A stretch of DNA of 64,000 nucleotides from Eledone cirrhosa (lineage: Eukaryota), in assembly GCA_964016885.1 (NCBI GenBank), contig OZ024740.1, positions 24,366,001 to 24,430,000 of the forward strand. Direction: 5' to 3'. Position numbers and translations under genes: made by a program. Positions 1 to 14,400 of the stretch are shown in pieces; positions within the stretch are counted from its first letter, which is position 1; the number at the start of each line of letters is the position of its first letter. Below the pieces are notes generated by a model that was not told the DNA's origin, did no database searches, and was given only the letters and a program-made list of their open reading frames with translations.

Positions 1-59
1 GGTGTCAGAATTCAGATGTTCTATTGAAATAAAGAAAGGAAAGTTATGTATGTTTATTT

Positions 60-479
<420 letters not shown>

Positions 480-500
<21 letters not shown>

Positions 501-2912
501 TATTTTTGAATGAAGATATTTTCCTTACTTATTCGTATCTGTTCTGTTGTATTGTCAGCGCAAACGTGTGATAAGGTTTATTTAGTTCGAGTTTTTATTT
601 TCTAAAGTAGCAGGTCTTATGTGTGTGTGTATGTGTCTGTTTGGATGGTTAGCATGCTATTGTGTTGACATAATGTATATTAAACCATATTTAATGTTGG
701 TCTATATTTTTGAATAAACATATGTTCCTTATTTATTCGTATTTGTTCTGTTGTATTGTCAGCGCAAAGGTAAAATGGGAAGACTTGGAATGTGGGTGTC
801 TTATTACTTGCGCGTATGTCTACATGTGCGCTTATTGTTATCTGTCTCGTGGTTGGATCTCGTATTTGTTGGCGATAAACTGTCATTCTGTTTCTGAGTG
901 TGAGTTTAGTTTGTCCTATATAATCTTCATTGCGTCCTTTACATTTAATGGCATAAAATAAATTTTTTGATGAGCAAGTGAAGTGATTTTTTACAGCAAA
1001 ATTTTATCCTGATTTAAATGTATACGTGTTGCCTTCAATGAGGTGTGTGCAGGTTCCACAATTAGAGCGACCACATTTTTTGACAGTTGGTTGTTGGTTT
1101 GTGGTAGGTAATTTGGCATTGGTGAGTAATGTTTTCAGTGATTGCTTTAGCCCTTTCTATTCCATTATTTATTAGTAATGGTGGGTACTCTCTTTCGAGT
1201 AGAATTTCCCTTAATTCTTGAAGTCTTTTATTTCGCGTTTCATAATTAGAGACAATTGTGCAAATTCTTCTTGCTAGGTTAAAAGGAATGTTCATCTTCG
1301 TGTGCTTTGGATGGTTGGAGGTGAATAGCAGGTATTGTTTGGAATCTGTTGGTTTGTAGTGTATGTCAGTTTTAATATTTGTGTCTTTTTTTAAGATTAA
1401 GATGTCCAGAAATGGGCGTTGATCTTGGTTGTATTCCATTGTGATTTGGATGTGGTTATTGATGGCGTTTATTAAGTTTTTGAAATCCTTCAGTTGGTCG
1501 AGTGTGTGGGATCATGGTATGAGACAATCATGCAAGTAGCGTTTCCAATTCTCTGATGAATATTTGTGGAAATTCACTCCGTATTTTGATTTGTACTGTT
1601 CATATATCTAGATTTCTAAGTATCCCATGAATAAGTTGTCATAAGTTGGAGCGGATTTTGTACCCATCGCTGTCCCCGATATTTGCTTGTAAGTACTGCC
1701 ATCAAAATCAAAAAAGTTGTTCTGTAAGATGAATTTTAATCGCTCGGTGATGAAGCTTTTTTCTATGCTGCCAGGTATCTCATTGGGATATTTCTCTAGC
1801 CAGAATCCTGTTGCTTCTAGTCCGTATTGGTGTGGGATCGTTGTGTAGAGATTCACTACATCGAAAGACACAATAATAGTGTCGTTGTTGACATGTTTGG
1901 GGAGGTGGTTTAAGAGGTCCAGATCGTCTCTTACAAGGCTTGGTATGTGTTTGAGAATTGGTTTTAGTAATATGTCTATAAGGTTGCTCAGTATGTGTGT
2001 TTCACATTGTGGGCCCGCTACAATTGGTCTTAATTTAAGGTATGTGGGGTATTGTGTGTTCACGCAGGCTGAGGTGGATTGTTTACAGGCATCGTTAATT
2101 ATTTTACACTTGTGGATCTTCGGAAGTCCGTAAAGGTTGCTGGTTTTGTATTCAAAATGTGTTAAATAATCGCGTTCCTTTTTAGTTAAGTCTTCCTGGT
2201 ATCGACAAATCAGTGTGTTTAATCTGGTCATTGGTTTTGATTGCTGGTAGTTTTTTACTCTTTTATAGTAATTAGTATTTTGAAAGAGAGAGAATATAGA
2301 ATTTTTATATTTTTCAGCATCCATAATGACAACAGTACTTCCCTTGTCCGCTTCCTTAATTATAATGTCCGTATTGTTTTTTAGTTCATGGATAATCTCT
2401 CATTACCTTCGACTCATGTTGGGTTTGGGTTTAGGTTGCGGTAGTTCATGGTATGGGAAAGTAGCTATGTGGTCACAAAATGTGTCCAGAGCTCTGTTTC
2501 TACCTTTTGTTGGGTTGTAGCTGCTTTTATTCCGTACAATTGATTGGTCGTTATTCTCTTTGTCAAAGAATTCCTCTGTGAGACATAATTATCTACAGAA
2601 GTGTGAGATATCTTCATTTATCTCATTGAGGTTAGAGTATTGTGGTGTTGGTGTGAATTTCAGTCCTTTGGAGATAATTTTTACTTGTTGGGCTGAGAGG
2701 TTTGTATTTGAAAGGTTGATTATTTTCGGTTTTTCAAAATCGGTTTGTGCCACCGGCTGTCGTGGGTCCTGTAGCCTTGGTCTAAAAATGATTTTTCTGG
2801 AATGTTTATTCAATGGTATTATTATATCTAATGGTATTTCCCATGTTGTTGTGTGGTCTTGTATAGGAGTTTCGGACGTATTGAGGTTCGGTTTGTTGAT
2901 AGTCAGCATATA
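480..2912 (-). mobile_element. Penelope-like retroelement PLE-1, fragmented RT + GIY-YIG
   Basis: ORF pieces 2909-2589 (KGLKFTPTP), IIKEADKGSTVVIMD near 2330, 2324-1608 (YGLPKIHK, LRPIV, SFDVVNLYTTI, ISGTAMGT), WKRYLHD near 1535, 1439-1062 (PFLDILI, HYKPTD) and 886-680 (GIY-YIG C-terminus, FIQKYRPTLN). Frameshifts and stops present. Confidence 0.93.
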
Positions 2913-2917
2913 TATAT

Positions 2918-3205
2918 AATATTAATTCAAAATATTTATAAATGTAAACATTCACGTAATCAAAATATATTTTATTATATATATTTCGGAGGTACTGTGC
3001 TGCTTTTTCAGTACGTCCTTATCATATAAAATACATAAATGGATGTATGACATACCTCAACTGTGCTGATGGTTCAATTCCAGTCTTGGCAGTGAATTAA
3101 TTTTTATGAATTAATATAAATAACTCCAGAAAACTTCACGGTTGAGTGATTCTAATCTATTGTAAAACTATATTCATCGATTAATCAATGAACCTTGTTT
3201 AACTT
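2918..3205 (-). mobile_element. PLE terminal fragment, family B, with degenerate hammerhead
   Basis: Homologous to 28470-28580, 36180-36300 and 36858-36980. The core reads ATGATAA here and CTGATGA in the other copies. Flanked by TA tracts. Confidence 0.7.
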
Positions 3206-3209
3206 TTGG

Positions 3210-3273
<64 letters not shown>

Positions 3274-3362
3274 ATATATATATATACGTGTATGTATGTA
3301 TATATACATATATATATATGTAGATGTATATATATATGTATATATATATATGTATGTGTGTG

Positions 3363-3393
<31 letters not shown>

Positions 3394-3475
3394 ATATGTA
3401 TATAAATATATACATATATATTTAAAGGTGAAACAATGTTCAATGAATAAATCAAAGAATTAGTTTTATGATATG

Positions 3476-3967
3476 ACACACGCAAAGTTGCTTTCACTTT
3501 AATTTATTATAATAAATTTATAAATTTAGGAATTTATAATTTTCCGGTTGGCTGGTTGGTTCCACAACCAGACGATTGTTCATATATTGTTAAAGTTCTT
3601 TCGTCACACATTCTGTGACCTCTTCAGTGACTGAGGATTATTTTCTTTGTTTTTGTGCCTCTCCTTTGTTTTGTCCTACGCCATCTTGTTTTTGTGTGTG
3701 TTGTGTGCACACAACACATACAAAAACAAGATGACGTAGGACAGAACAAAGGAGAGGCACAAAAACAAAGAAAATAATCCCCAGTCACTGAAGAGGTCAC
3801 AGAATGTATGACGAAAGAAGTTTGAAAATATATGAACAATCGTCTGGTTGTGGAACCAACTAACCAACCGGAAATTTGTAAAATCCTAAATTTATAAATT
3901 TAATTGAAGTGAAACTAACTGGTGCGTGTGTTTCTTATTGGCAACATGACCCTCCCAAAGTATAACA

Positions 3968-3969
<2 letters not shown>
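3476..3969. repeat. Fold-back palindrome of PLE terminal family A, ~230-bp arms
   Basis: Centre GTGTG|CACAC at 3707/3708. Each arm carries CTGAAGA-stem-GAAA. Same family at 12385-12758 and 27806-28020. Confidence 0.9.
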
Positions 3970-4018
<49 letters not shown>

Positions 4019-4494
4019 CACATATATATATATATATATATATAATGTGCGTATGTGCACATGTATTTACATATAGGTATATATTTCCCTACCTTACCGG
4101 ACCCTCTTGCTTCTTTCCTTCCTTTATCTACCCTTTTCATGTTTATTTCAATCATCTCATCTTTCTACTTGTATCCCCCTTCTAGTTTTAATCACAATTA
4201 CTTCTCTTTCTCCTCTTCTCTCCTTTCCTATCAACAATCTTCCCTCTATTTCTCGTCTATTTCTACCTCTTCTTCAAGCCTATACATATGTTAGCATCTC
4301 TCTCTCTTTCCATTTTCTCATTTATCTCATAAGCCTATAATTCTCTCTGTTTCTCTCTTTATTCGTCTAATGAACATTTCTGTTCCTTATTTAAATAGCC
4401 TCCAAGGTACACACATTACCGTTACCCTGTCCCCGATTCTGTCTCTCCCTCTTTCTCCAAACTTCTCACTATTCCTCCATCTCTTTTCCTTTGC

Positions 4495-4612
<118 letters not shown>

Positions 4613-5234
4613 GTGTGTCTCTCTGTCTTACCAAAACCTCTCGCGCTAATCTATAATTTCTCGACGTCTCTCCCTCACCGTCTCTCTCTGTCATTTCTTC
4701 CAGTTCTCTGTCACCTGTTGTTTTGGGAGAGAGAAAAAGAGAGATGGGGAGAGACACGGAGAGAGTAAAAGTGAGACAGAGAGAGAGAGAAAGAGAGAGA
4801 GAGATAGAGAGAAAGAAAGATATAGATCGATAGATAGAGATAGATAGATAGATTCACAGATAGAGAGAGAGAGAGATAGAGAGAGAGAGAGAAAGAGAGA
4901 GATAGAGAGAGAGAAGGATGGAGAACGAGATTACACACTGGCCACCATGTTTTCTGTGTGACTTAAGTGTTGTTAAATTTCACCGTTTCTAATCTAATGA
5001 CGGATAATATAGTTTGATGCATTCCAGCCTGTTGTCTTTGGGCAAAGCTTGATGAAGAAAGACAGGTGTCACAGCAGTGTGGCATTTAGGGGAGATTCTT
5101 GGCGACAATTTTTGACGTTTACGTCCTGACATATTACATTGACTATCAAGACGCCGCCAACGATCTATTTCTCTCTATATGTGCAAGTCCGTGGCAGTTT
5201 CAGTGTACACACACATACACACACACATATATAT

Positions 5235-5403
<169 letters not shown>

Positions 5404-5587
5404 TATGTATGTATGTTCCTAAATAGACGGAGGAAAACAGAAATAGGAATAGAAGAGGATATTGGCGACAAACACGTTAAACGACAAAGAAAAATGCAAA
5501 GAAACTTGGAGATATCAGGAGGTAAAGAGGAAGGCGAAAGAGAGAGGGAACGAGAGGAAGAGAGAGAGAGTGTGTGTGTGAACGAGA

Positions 5588-5665
<78 letters not shown>

Positions 5666-5714
5666 TATACAAAGGATGATGAAATAGACAATACGACGAA
5701 ACTACTATTAATGT

Positions 5715-5798
<84 letters not shown>

Positions 5799-5848
5799 CA
5801 TTCATATATATATATATACATACATATATATATATACATACATATGTC

Positions 5849-5911
<63 letters not shown>

Positions 5912-6320
5912 CATACATATGTCATACATACGTACATATGTCATCTGTAGAGCGATGAGGAAGTAAAAAGACGTCTGTAGGTAAACACTGCATTTCTATA
6001 ATCACTTTAGGTTAATGTGTAAAGTGATTTCTCTGTAAAACGTCCATGGATGGTTCGGTGGAATTGTTGCCAAATCAAGATATTGAAGGTCAAATCAGAA
6101 CAAGTGACCGCATGACCGCAACAGAGTTGTAGAGAGAGGCGGAGAAGACAGTACGAACGAAGGTGGGGATGAGGTGTCAGTATTAGGAAAGTCAGGAAAG
6201 GAACATTGAGTAGCCTACGGTGACGTCGGGGAAGAAACAGTTTAAGATAATCCTATTGAATTGATTAATTCCTTAACCATTCCGAGAGATATTTATGTTC
6301 CAAGACAGTAATAAGAGCAC

Positions 6321-6417
<97 letters not shown>

Positions 6418-6530
6418 TGCACATACAGTAATAAAAGTGGACTGTCGTACACACGTATATACACAGACATTTCAAATACACTAACATGTGAATGTATGAA
6501 GACACATTTATGTAGAATCGCACACATACT

Positions 6531-6575
<45 letters not shown>

Positions 6576-6582
6576 GTGTTTA

Positions 6583-6698
6583 TAGGAAATGTTTAAGACC
6601 CCGACGGCAGAGCTCAAGCCGTTTCGACAGCTATTTCTGGTCCTGAAATAGCCGTTTCGACGGCTATTTCTGGTCCAGAAATAGACGTCGAAACGGCT
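6583..6698. repeat. Hairpin element family H, copy 1 (partial, internally duplicated)
   Basis: TAGGAA...ACCCCGACGGCAGAGCTCAAGCCGTTTCGAC...TTTCTGGTCCAGAAATAG..GTCGAAACGGCT, abutting PLE-2. Confidence 0.85.
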
Positions 6699-6699
6699 A

Positions 6700-8151
6700 G
6701 TTTTTATTTTAGACATATTACGTGTTAGATTCCCGGACTTCCACACGGGAATATACCGTGACGATGGACTGACTTTATCGAGCCATAAAAATAGTCACGA
6801 CCTCGATCGGTTTAAAAAAGACTTAGCTTCTACCTTCAATGAGTTAGGCCTTAGGATAACAGTAGCCACAAACCTCTCTAGCATAGATTTCTTAGACATT
6901 AATTTAGACCTTCGCACACCCACCCACAGACCTTTCCATAAGCTAAACGAGAAACTTAATTACATTCACAAGGATTCATGCCACCCTCCCACTGTTTTTA
7001 GAAACTTCGTTATGAATATCAATACTAGAATCTCAAACCTCTCCTCTAATAAGGCTATCTTTCACAGGGCGGCACTCTAATATAACACAGCGTTGGCTAA
7101 CAGCGGCTTCTCACAACCTATCACCTACTCTCCCACTAGCAACAACACCATTAAGAAAAGTAAGCGCATCAATAGACAAACTATCTGGTTCTCTCCTCCC
7201 TTCTCACTCAAAGTTAAAACCAATGTAGGAAAAAGATTTCTAGCTCTCTTAGTTAGACACTTACCCATAGGTCATAAATACCGCTCCACCTTTAACCGAC
7301 ACAAAGTTAAACTAGGATACTCCTGCGCTAAGAACATGAAGGCCCATATCACCAGCAGCCCTAGGAGAAGGACCCCATCAGGGTGCTCTTGCCATAAGCC
7401 TGAAGCTTGCCCCCTTCAACAGCAATGCAACACACCAGTTGTAATCTATGAAGCTGTGGTCACTTCCAACCGACCAAACGAACCACAGGAGGTCAAATCC
7501 TATGTGGGCATGGCGGAGGGCCGATTCAAGGAGCATTTCCTGAACCACCAGTCTACCTTCAGATACCCGGACAGACATTCATCCAGGAAACTCGCGAGCC
7601 ACGTATGGTCCCTCAAGGACTCAATTATAGGCTACTCCATTCAATGGAAAGCCATCACTAAGTCCAAGCCATACGCAAGGGGAAATCCGACGTGTGGCTT
7701 ATGTATTGACGAACGAATAACTATCCTAAAGAGATTGCGCAATAGTGATTGCCTAAACACGAGGTGTGAAATTTTCACACGTTGTCCACACGTCACCAAA
7801 CATCTATTGCATAACTACAAGGCTCCGGACTGATTCTTTGTAATTTTATTTTTTATTTTTTTAAATTTTATTTTCAACCTAAAGACTTTCCGGACTCTCG
7901 CAGTTATCTCCCCTACACCTCCATCACGCAGTCTAGTATTGCCTGTGTAAAGTGACCGAGTTTCTTCGCATGCGCTTTCGTACGGTTATCCTTCCTGTTC
8001 CTATAACCATACACATCCCGAGCTGAAGATCCGCGAAGGTGAAACAATTGTTCTCGGTATGGTGAACTAACTGTTGTGTAACCACTTCTACCTAACTGGT
8101 CCCTTGGACTGAGTGCTCTACCACTACGGATATTACCTTCCAGTGTTCCAC

Positions 8152-8155
<4 letters not shown>
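6700..8155 (+). mobile_element. 5'-truncated Penelope-like element PLE-2 (YRDDGL-type RT, probably Naiad-like)
   Basis: GIYRDDGL near 6748-6771. ORF 7093-7833 has IWFSPPFS, the CxC..CPL..C linker, GIY-YIG (VIY..YVG) and CGLC..LNTR..CPH. The 3' pLTR carries a hammerhead and ends in (TA)n. Confidence 0.92.
8018..8057 (+). ncRNA. Minimal type I hammerhead ribozyme in the PLE-2 pLTR
   Basis: ccgag-CTGAAGA-tccgcgaaggt-GAAA-caattg-TT-ctcgg: 5-bp stem I, palindromic stem III, GUU triplet. Confidence 0.8.
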
Positions 8156-8189
<34 letters not shown>

Positions 8190-8195
<6 letters not shown>

Positions 8196-11100
8196 ATACT
8201 TGGGGAGGGTCATATTTGTGTAATAATGCCAGAATTAATAACAGAACACACACACTGTTTGGTTGGTTTTCGCTTTTCGCTTCTGTGTCTTTTTTATCGG
8301 TAATCTAATTTATTCGGTCCTCAATGTTGCCATTGACTGACCAACGGTCAAAAATAATACAGATACAATATAGACACAAACACATATATATAGTTTATCA
8401 AAGTTCTTTCGTTGCACATCTGCAACATCGTCAGGGGTGCTATTGTTTCCTCCCGTTACATTGTATGTCTACGCCATCTTTATTTAGTCTGTTTATATAT
8501 TTATTTATTTTTTAATTTTATTTTGTGTTCTTTGCGCATGCGTTTGCGTGTGTGTGTATAGTGTTTTGTTTGATGTGTGTTCGTGATTGGGTGACTGTGT
8601 ATTGGTTAATGTATTCTATCTTTACTAGTGTGAGTTTATATGTGTTTGTTGTTATTGTGCTTGTGCATGTATTTATTTATTTATTTATCTATTTATTTAT
8701 TTATTTATACTTCTCTTAGGTCAGTCTTGTTTGTTTGGGTCGTGTTGTTATTCCATTCATTCTTTCTGTTTAGTCTTGGCCTTCTAAGTTCTATTTCACT
8801 GGCCTCTCTGATGTGCCTATCTGCTGGGTCATTTCTATGTTTAGATATTATTCTAATTTCTATGTTGTCTATGTTACCGTCATGTTGTTGTCTGGCATGT
8901 TCGTATAGTACTGAACCGTTTTTTCGTCCTTTTAGTTCCTCCCAGTGTTGGTCTATCATTTCACCTATGCTACGAGCTGTCTCGCCTATGTATGTTGTTG
9001 TCATGTTTCTGCAAGTACCCTCTGTACATCTTATGCTATAGACTACGTTTCTAGTTTTACAGTTTATCCGGGGGTTTACCTTACATATGATACATTTCCT
9101 ATTAGTACGGTGGGTTTTCTTAAAAGTGTAGGTTTTGCTGATCAGGGATTTTATGGTGGTTCCTGGCTTTTCTACCACCTTAATCTTTAAGTGGGTCTTT
9201 CTCAGGGTATTTCTACACTGGTTAGCTAATTTCCCTCCAGGGGTAGCGTCCACAAACATGACACTTTGGTATCTATGGTTGTCGTACCATGAGGTGGCTT
9301 TCCCTATCTTATGTCTAGCCCTATCTAAGCTATTCCATGATTTGCTCCTGTATAATGGGCAAATTCCTTTCATGTCCAGTTCTATGAGGGTCTTATACTT
9401 CTCCATGGCTCCTTCGTATACTCTGACTCTGTCTCTTTGGTGGTAGCCAGAGAACTGCATGCGGTTGATGAAGTGTTTGACGTGTCTTTCCATTTCTGTT
9501 GGGTCGCACATGCGGGACACATTCTTCATCACTCGTACCAAATCTGCGATCAGAATATTAAACTTAGCACTACAGGACATTGCTGAGTTTTTGAGTATCT
9601 GGTATTTGGAGGCCATGGGTTTAGCATAGTGTGAGTGGAGAATTTGGGCTCTCTCGTCTATAGTGTTAATCCAGAGTTCCGTGTCTAATACATGTAGTCT
9701 ATTGTTAGGGTATTTGGAAGGGTAGTCGATAGTTATAGTTATACTCTGGTGTATGGAATTAGCTAACTGCTGGATGCTTTCCATTGTGCTACGTTCTAAA
9801 TCAAACTTGTTAGTGCTCTCTAGTGGGGATGTTCTCATAACTATATTGATATCGTCTACGTAACGAGAGTACATGATGAGGTCTATGGAGCTCTCATTAA
9901 GGAGATCTTTAAGTCTCCTTTCCCACCATACCATAAAAAGGTTGGCAACATCACCAACTATGCTGACGCCAATGGCTGCTCCCTCATTTTGGGTGTAGAT
10001 CTTCTCGTTGAACTTGAATATGTGGCCCTTTAGGGTAGTTTTGATGCTAGCCCCTATTGTATGTGCGACCACTTTTCTTACCTGATCATTGTTTTAAGGG
10101 GTCCGTATAGCTTTGGTCCACCAATCCACCTTCCCATGGGAGTCTTTTTTGCCATTGAGGTTATGGTGAGGGGTCTACCTCTTATGGGTCTACTAGGGCA
10201 GAAACCTCTAAGGTCATGGCTGTCTAGGTAGTCAGTGTCGTAGGTAAGTCTAAGTAGGAGGCCCAGTTCGTCTGTGTCGATATCGCAGAACTCCACCTCA
10301 CTCTCAATGATCATCTCCACACATTTTTCCACAGCAAAATCAATGTTAATGGATGGGTACAGTGACACCACATCCATGCTGCCTATTATGCAGTTGGATA
10401 GGTTCCTGTTTTTGTTGCACTCACTGATTCTGCTGAGGAGGTCCTCTGTACTGTCACATACATCTGGGGACATCTTGATTATGGGGCGTATAACCATTGA
10501 GAAGAAGTAGGAGATCCTGTAGTTGCTAGCTATATTAGCTCCGCATACGGGTCTTGTTTGTGGTCCTGTTGTCGGGTCGTCGACTGTCTTGTGGTCTTTG
10601 CGGAGCCCATACAAGGGTGGTATGCCATTGTTAGACGCCTGGAAGTTGTTGGCAGTGCATCTGCTTGACTTTAGGATGTCAGTCCACATCATCATGTGAA
10701 CGTTGAGGTTTTCTCTCTCCCCTCATGTGTTTGCTGTGCAATTTCGCTCGTGTTGGTGATGTGGGTTGCATAGCCTCGATGTAGTTCGGCATGTTATCTA
10801 TTGACATCCTACCAGACTTATCCGTGGGTAGACATACTACCTCACCATCCCTTGTGCGCTGCTTGAGGCTAACCAAGCCTTCTACAGGTTTCCTCCCAAG
10901 TTGTTGGGCCTCTGGTCTGCTCTGTCTCTTAGTATACCGGTCTACTATTTGTCTAATCTTATTTATAGCTATGGTGAACTGCGCCTCTGTCTCGTCATCT
11001 ATTTGTTGTGGTATGCAAACTCTTTTATTAAAGAGTAACCTCGTAGGATAGATATTACCCATCTTATATATTTTGTCAGCTGGGTTGAAAAATAGTTTCT

Positions 11101-11249
11101 CTAAAGGGTTGTCATTATATCTATCGTCGTAGTTGTGTGTGTTGCTATTATTGTTATTATGGTGGTTGTTGTTGTTCCTATCATTAGCATTATTATTATT
11201 GTTATGATTGCTAGATGTATTGTTGCTGTTGCTAGATGTATTTTCGGCG

Positions 11250-11250
<1 letters not shown>
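8190..11250 (-). mobile_element. Near-full-length Penelope-like element PLE-3
   Basis: Frameshifted ORF 11062-8705 with LPTDKSG, YGLRKDHK, MDVVSLYPSI, YSRYVDD, LDTELW and NVVYSIRC..YIGETARS. The 3' pLTR (8190-8700) has CTGACGA-stem-GAAA at ~8405-8433. Confidence 0.93.
8705..10072 (-). pseudogene. PLE-3 RT C-terminal half plus GIY-YIG endonuclease (455-aa open segment of a frameshifted ORF)
   Basis: YVDD catalytic motif, CxxC linker, GIY-YIG motifs, terminal LN motif. Confidence 0.88.
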
Positions 11251-11292
<42 letters not shown>

Positions 11293-11293
<1 letters not shown>

Positions 11294-11414
11294 TAGTGGT
11301 GGTACACTGGAAGGTAATATCCGTAGTGGTAGAGCACTCAGTCCAATGGACGAGTTAGGTAGAAATAGTTACACAACAGTTAGTTCACCATACCGAGAAC
11401 AATTGTTTCACCTT
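11293..11414 (-). mobile_element. Solo 3'-terminal piece of the PLE-2 family
   Basis: Reverse complement of ~8037-8157, between TA tracts. Only the 3' half of the hammerhead is retained. Confidence 0.85.
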
Positions 11415-11430
11415 ATATATATATATATAT

Positions 11431-11502
<72 letters not shown>

Positions 11503-11559
11503 ACGTATATACTTTGGTAACTTTGAGACGTTTGATAGGTCTCGCCCAGTATTTGCCCA

Positions 11560-12362
11560 GGCCATGTCTAACTTAATAGCACCACCTGGCGAAGTGTTTC
11601 AAATCAGGATTTGGACAACATGGCTCACTCAAATAGGGAGTTATTTTTTGTGCAGACATATCCGGGTGTAGGAGGTTTAGCCGGGATTAATTGAAGGACT
11701 TTGTCCAAAGAATTCTTATACTTTATAGGGTCTGTTTCTGTTTTTATGTGTTTTGGTGTAATGTTAAAGAGAGCGGGGCCAATTGAGGTGAATAAGTGGG
11801 CCGTCTTGTTGTTATGAGATACGAAAGTGATTTTTGTTGTGGGTGGATAGCATGTAGTCCAAGCCTTGGGTGTAGTTTAAAGGTGATGCCAACATCACAT
11901 GGGCAAAGCTGATGGAATATCTTCCACATCATGCAGATAATGTAACGCTTACTGCGACGTTGGAGAGAATAATGTTTGAGTTTTTCTAATCGATTCCAAT
12001 AGTCAAGGCCTGTCATGCCATCTATCTTTTTCGTAATTGACATTTCAGGAGCTTCAATTTTCATGATAATTCGTTTCGTGTGGGGAGACTACACTGCACA
12101 ACAGTATTCAAGGTGGGGTCGGACAAAAGTGGAGAAAAGAAGGCTAATAATGTGGATATCTCTCGACTGGAAGGTTCTGAGCATCTAGGAACACATTCTG
12201 CGGGCCATGTCAACTTTGCTGTTTATTTGAGTGGCCCAGCTTATGTTATTGTCCACAATTACTCCCAAATCTCTGATGTTTGATGTCATGACAGTTTTAA
12301 CGCAAGGAAGGGAGTATGGGAGTTTCAGGGCATTCTCTTTTCCAAAGTGGATTAATTTAAAT
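11560..12362 (-). mobile_element. CR1/L2-group LINE, 3' fragment
   Basis: IRDLGVIVD, FSTFVRPHLEYC, TKKIDGMTGLDYWNRLEKLKHYSLQRR, KNSLDKVL. Confidence 0.88.
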
Positions 12363-12384
12363 TTATATATATATATATATACAT

Positions 12385-12758
12385 ACAAACAAGTAAATAA
12401 ACAAATAAATAAACAAATAAAAACACACACAGACACCCAGATGTAACACATGCGCAAACTAAGCACGCAACACACACACAAACAAGATGACGTAGGGCAG
12501 AACACAAGAGAGGCACAACACAAAGAAAAGAATCCCAGTCACTGAAGACGTCACAGAATGTATGACGAAAGAAATTTGACAATATATGAACAACCATCCG
12601 GTTGTGGAACCAACCAACCGGAAATTTATAATAAATTGAAGTGAAAGCAACTGGTCCGTGTGTTTCTTATTGGCAACACGACCCTTCCAAAGTATAAAAA
12701 TATCGGTTTCAACACACGTTTTCAGATAAAGAATCTTGCTAAACAAATTCAGAAACGA
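12385..12758 (+). mobile_element. PLE terminal family A copy including the ~55-nt tail
   Basis: Matches 3710-3969. CTGAAGA-cgtca..tgacg-AAA near 12542. Continues ATCGGTTTCAACACACG...CAGAA. Confidence 0.8.
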
Positions 12759-12961
12759 AATATATATATATATATATATATATACTATAAAGTATGTCCA
12801 TAGAATCATTTGATAATATATATATACCCCATTTCCTCTCCCAATTAGCATAATCAACCACACAAGAAACCAATTAAACCAAGCTACAAGATTAAAAGGC
12901 ACCTATGAAGAGAGAGTAAATAAATAAACGACAGCAATTTATTCGCGATCAACCGCTATAG

Positions 12962-13103
<142 letters not shown>

Positions 13104-13394
13104 TGGCTGCCAACTCGTTTTCGAGTACGGCTACTACTTTATATCCATGTAGGAGAACCCCTACCGATGCGCTGAACGAGTGTGACTTTTTAATCCAGCC
13201 AGCGACTTGAAAACTCTGGTACAAACACTACACTTGTGACAATTATTGACACATAGTGCTGGGCCCATGGTACCATGTGACGACAAGTGCAGAGAGATCT
13301 CCAGATATAAAGCAATGCCTGTGCCGTGAAGCTTTTATAGTGAGCAAAGGCACTGCACAAAGCCAGTCCCACTCGCTTAACCAAGATGATATTT

Positions 13395-13670
13395 ACCAGA
13401 AAGAACAAGTCAACATCATTGGATACCATCAGGGTTGCAGGTGTTATATCAGAGTTTTCCTTCTCCTAGAATTCTGCCTTGACAAAGGCTAAGGGGTCAT
13501 CTCTCCCGGTGATTTTGGATAGCCATTGACTCTTAAGAGCTCCTTTGCTGTTTGACAGGTTTTCTTTTTAGTCCTGCAGGATGTCCAAAGTCACCCTCCT
13601 CACCAAGAAACCTTGGTTGGGTTGCCAGTTTAGTCGCCTACGACCCGACCATGAGAAAGGTTGTACTGGG
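13395..13670 (-). mobile_element. Dispersed repeat resembling an RTE-clade 5' region
   Basis: Minus strand has GTCGTAGGCGACTAAA and CTAGGAGAAGGAAAACTCTGA. A second copy lies at ~60015-60130 (+). The RTE assignment is from recalled motifs. Confidence 0.5.
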
Positions 13671-13894
13671 ATACATGTTACCAGTACATGTTACCAGTAT
13701 GTAAGTATGTATATATATATATATATATATATATACATACATACATACATATGTATATATATGTCATATATACATATGTATAATATGTGTGTATGTATGC
13801 ATACATACACACACATACACACACACAACACACACACACATATGTATATAATGTATACATTGAGTTAAAAAAACTCACAATAGTCCCCTATAAT

Positions 13895-14400
13895 TTTCCG
13901 AGCCTTTTGACCGAGGGGACTGCAAATCGCCAGACGGTATGACCACAGTGGCAAACCCCTCGTCTGGGATGCCACTTGCAGCGACATTTTCTCCAGCTGC
14001 AATCTGGAGCAGTCTGCGACTAACCCAGGTTCTGTTGCACGTCGGGCTGAGGAGGCCAAACTCTCCAAGTAGAGGGCGCTCTCCGACAGGTTCGCGGCGG
14101 TTTAGTGGAGACTTCTGGTGTCCAGGACCCTAGGGCACTTCCCTACTCCCCACCATAGGCACTGAACTAGCCAGTCGCAAGTGTGAGCCTCGCGAATTGG
14201 AATGGCTCTTGCAGTGCACCTCCCTTGCCATCCTTCGGGGAAACGCCTTCTCTATTCTGTTCGCCGGGCTGTGGGGAGACCATCACGTGGGACCCCATAC
14301 GGAAGGATGGGAAGGAGAGAGAGATGGAGACGATGACAGTGGAAGTTCCGCTCTTCCATGTTTGGATTATATCCTTGTTGTTGTGTGTCTGTGTATTATT
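13895..14400 (+). mobile_element. CRE-clade non-LTR retrotransposon, restriction-like endonuclease 3' end
   Basis: Broken frames give SPDGMT..GKPLVWDATCSD..ARRAEEAKLSK..VETSG..WLLQCTSLAILRGNAFSIL. Confidence 0.85.
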
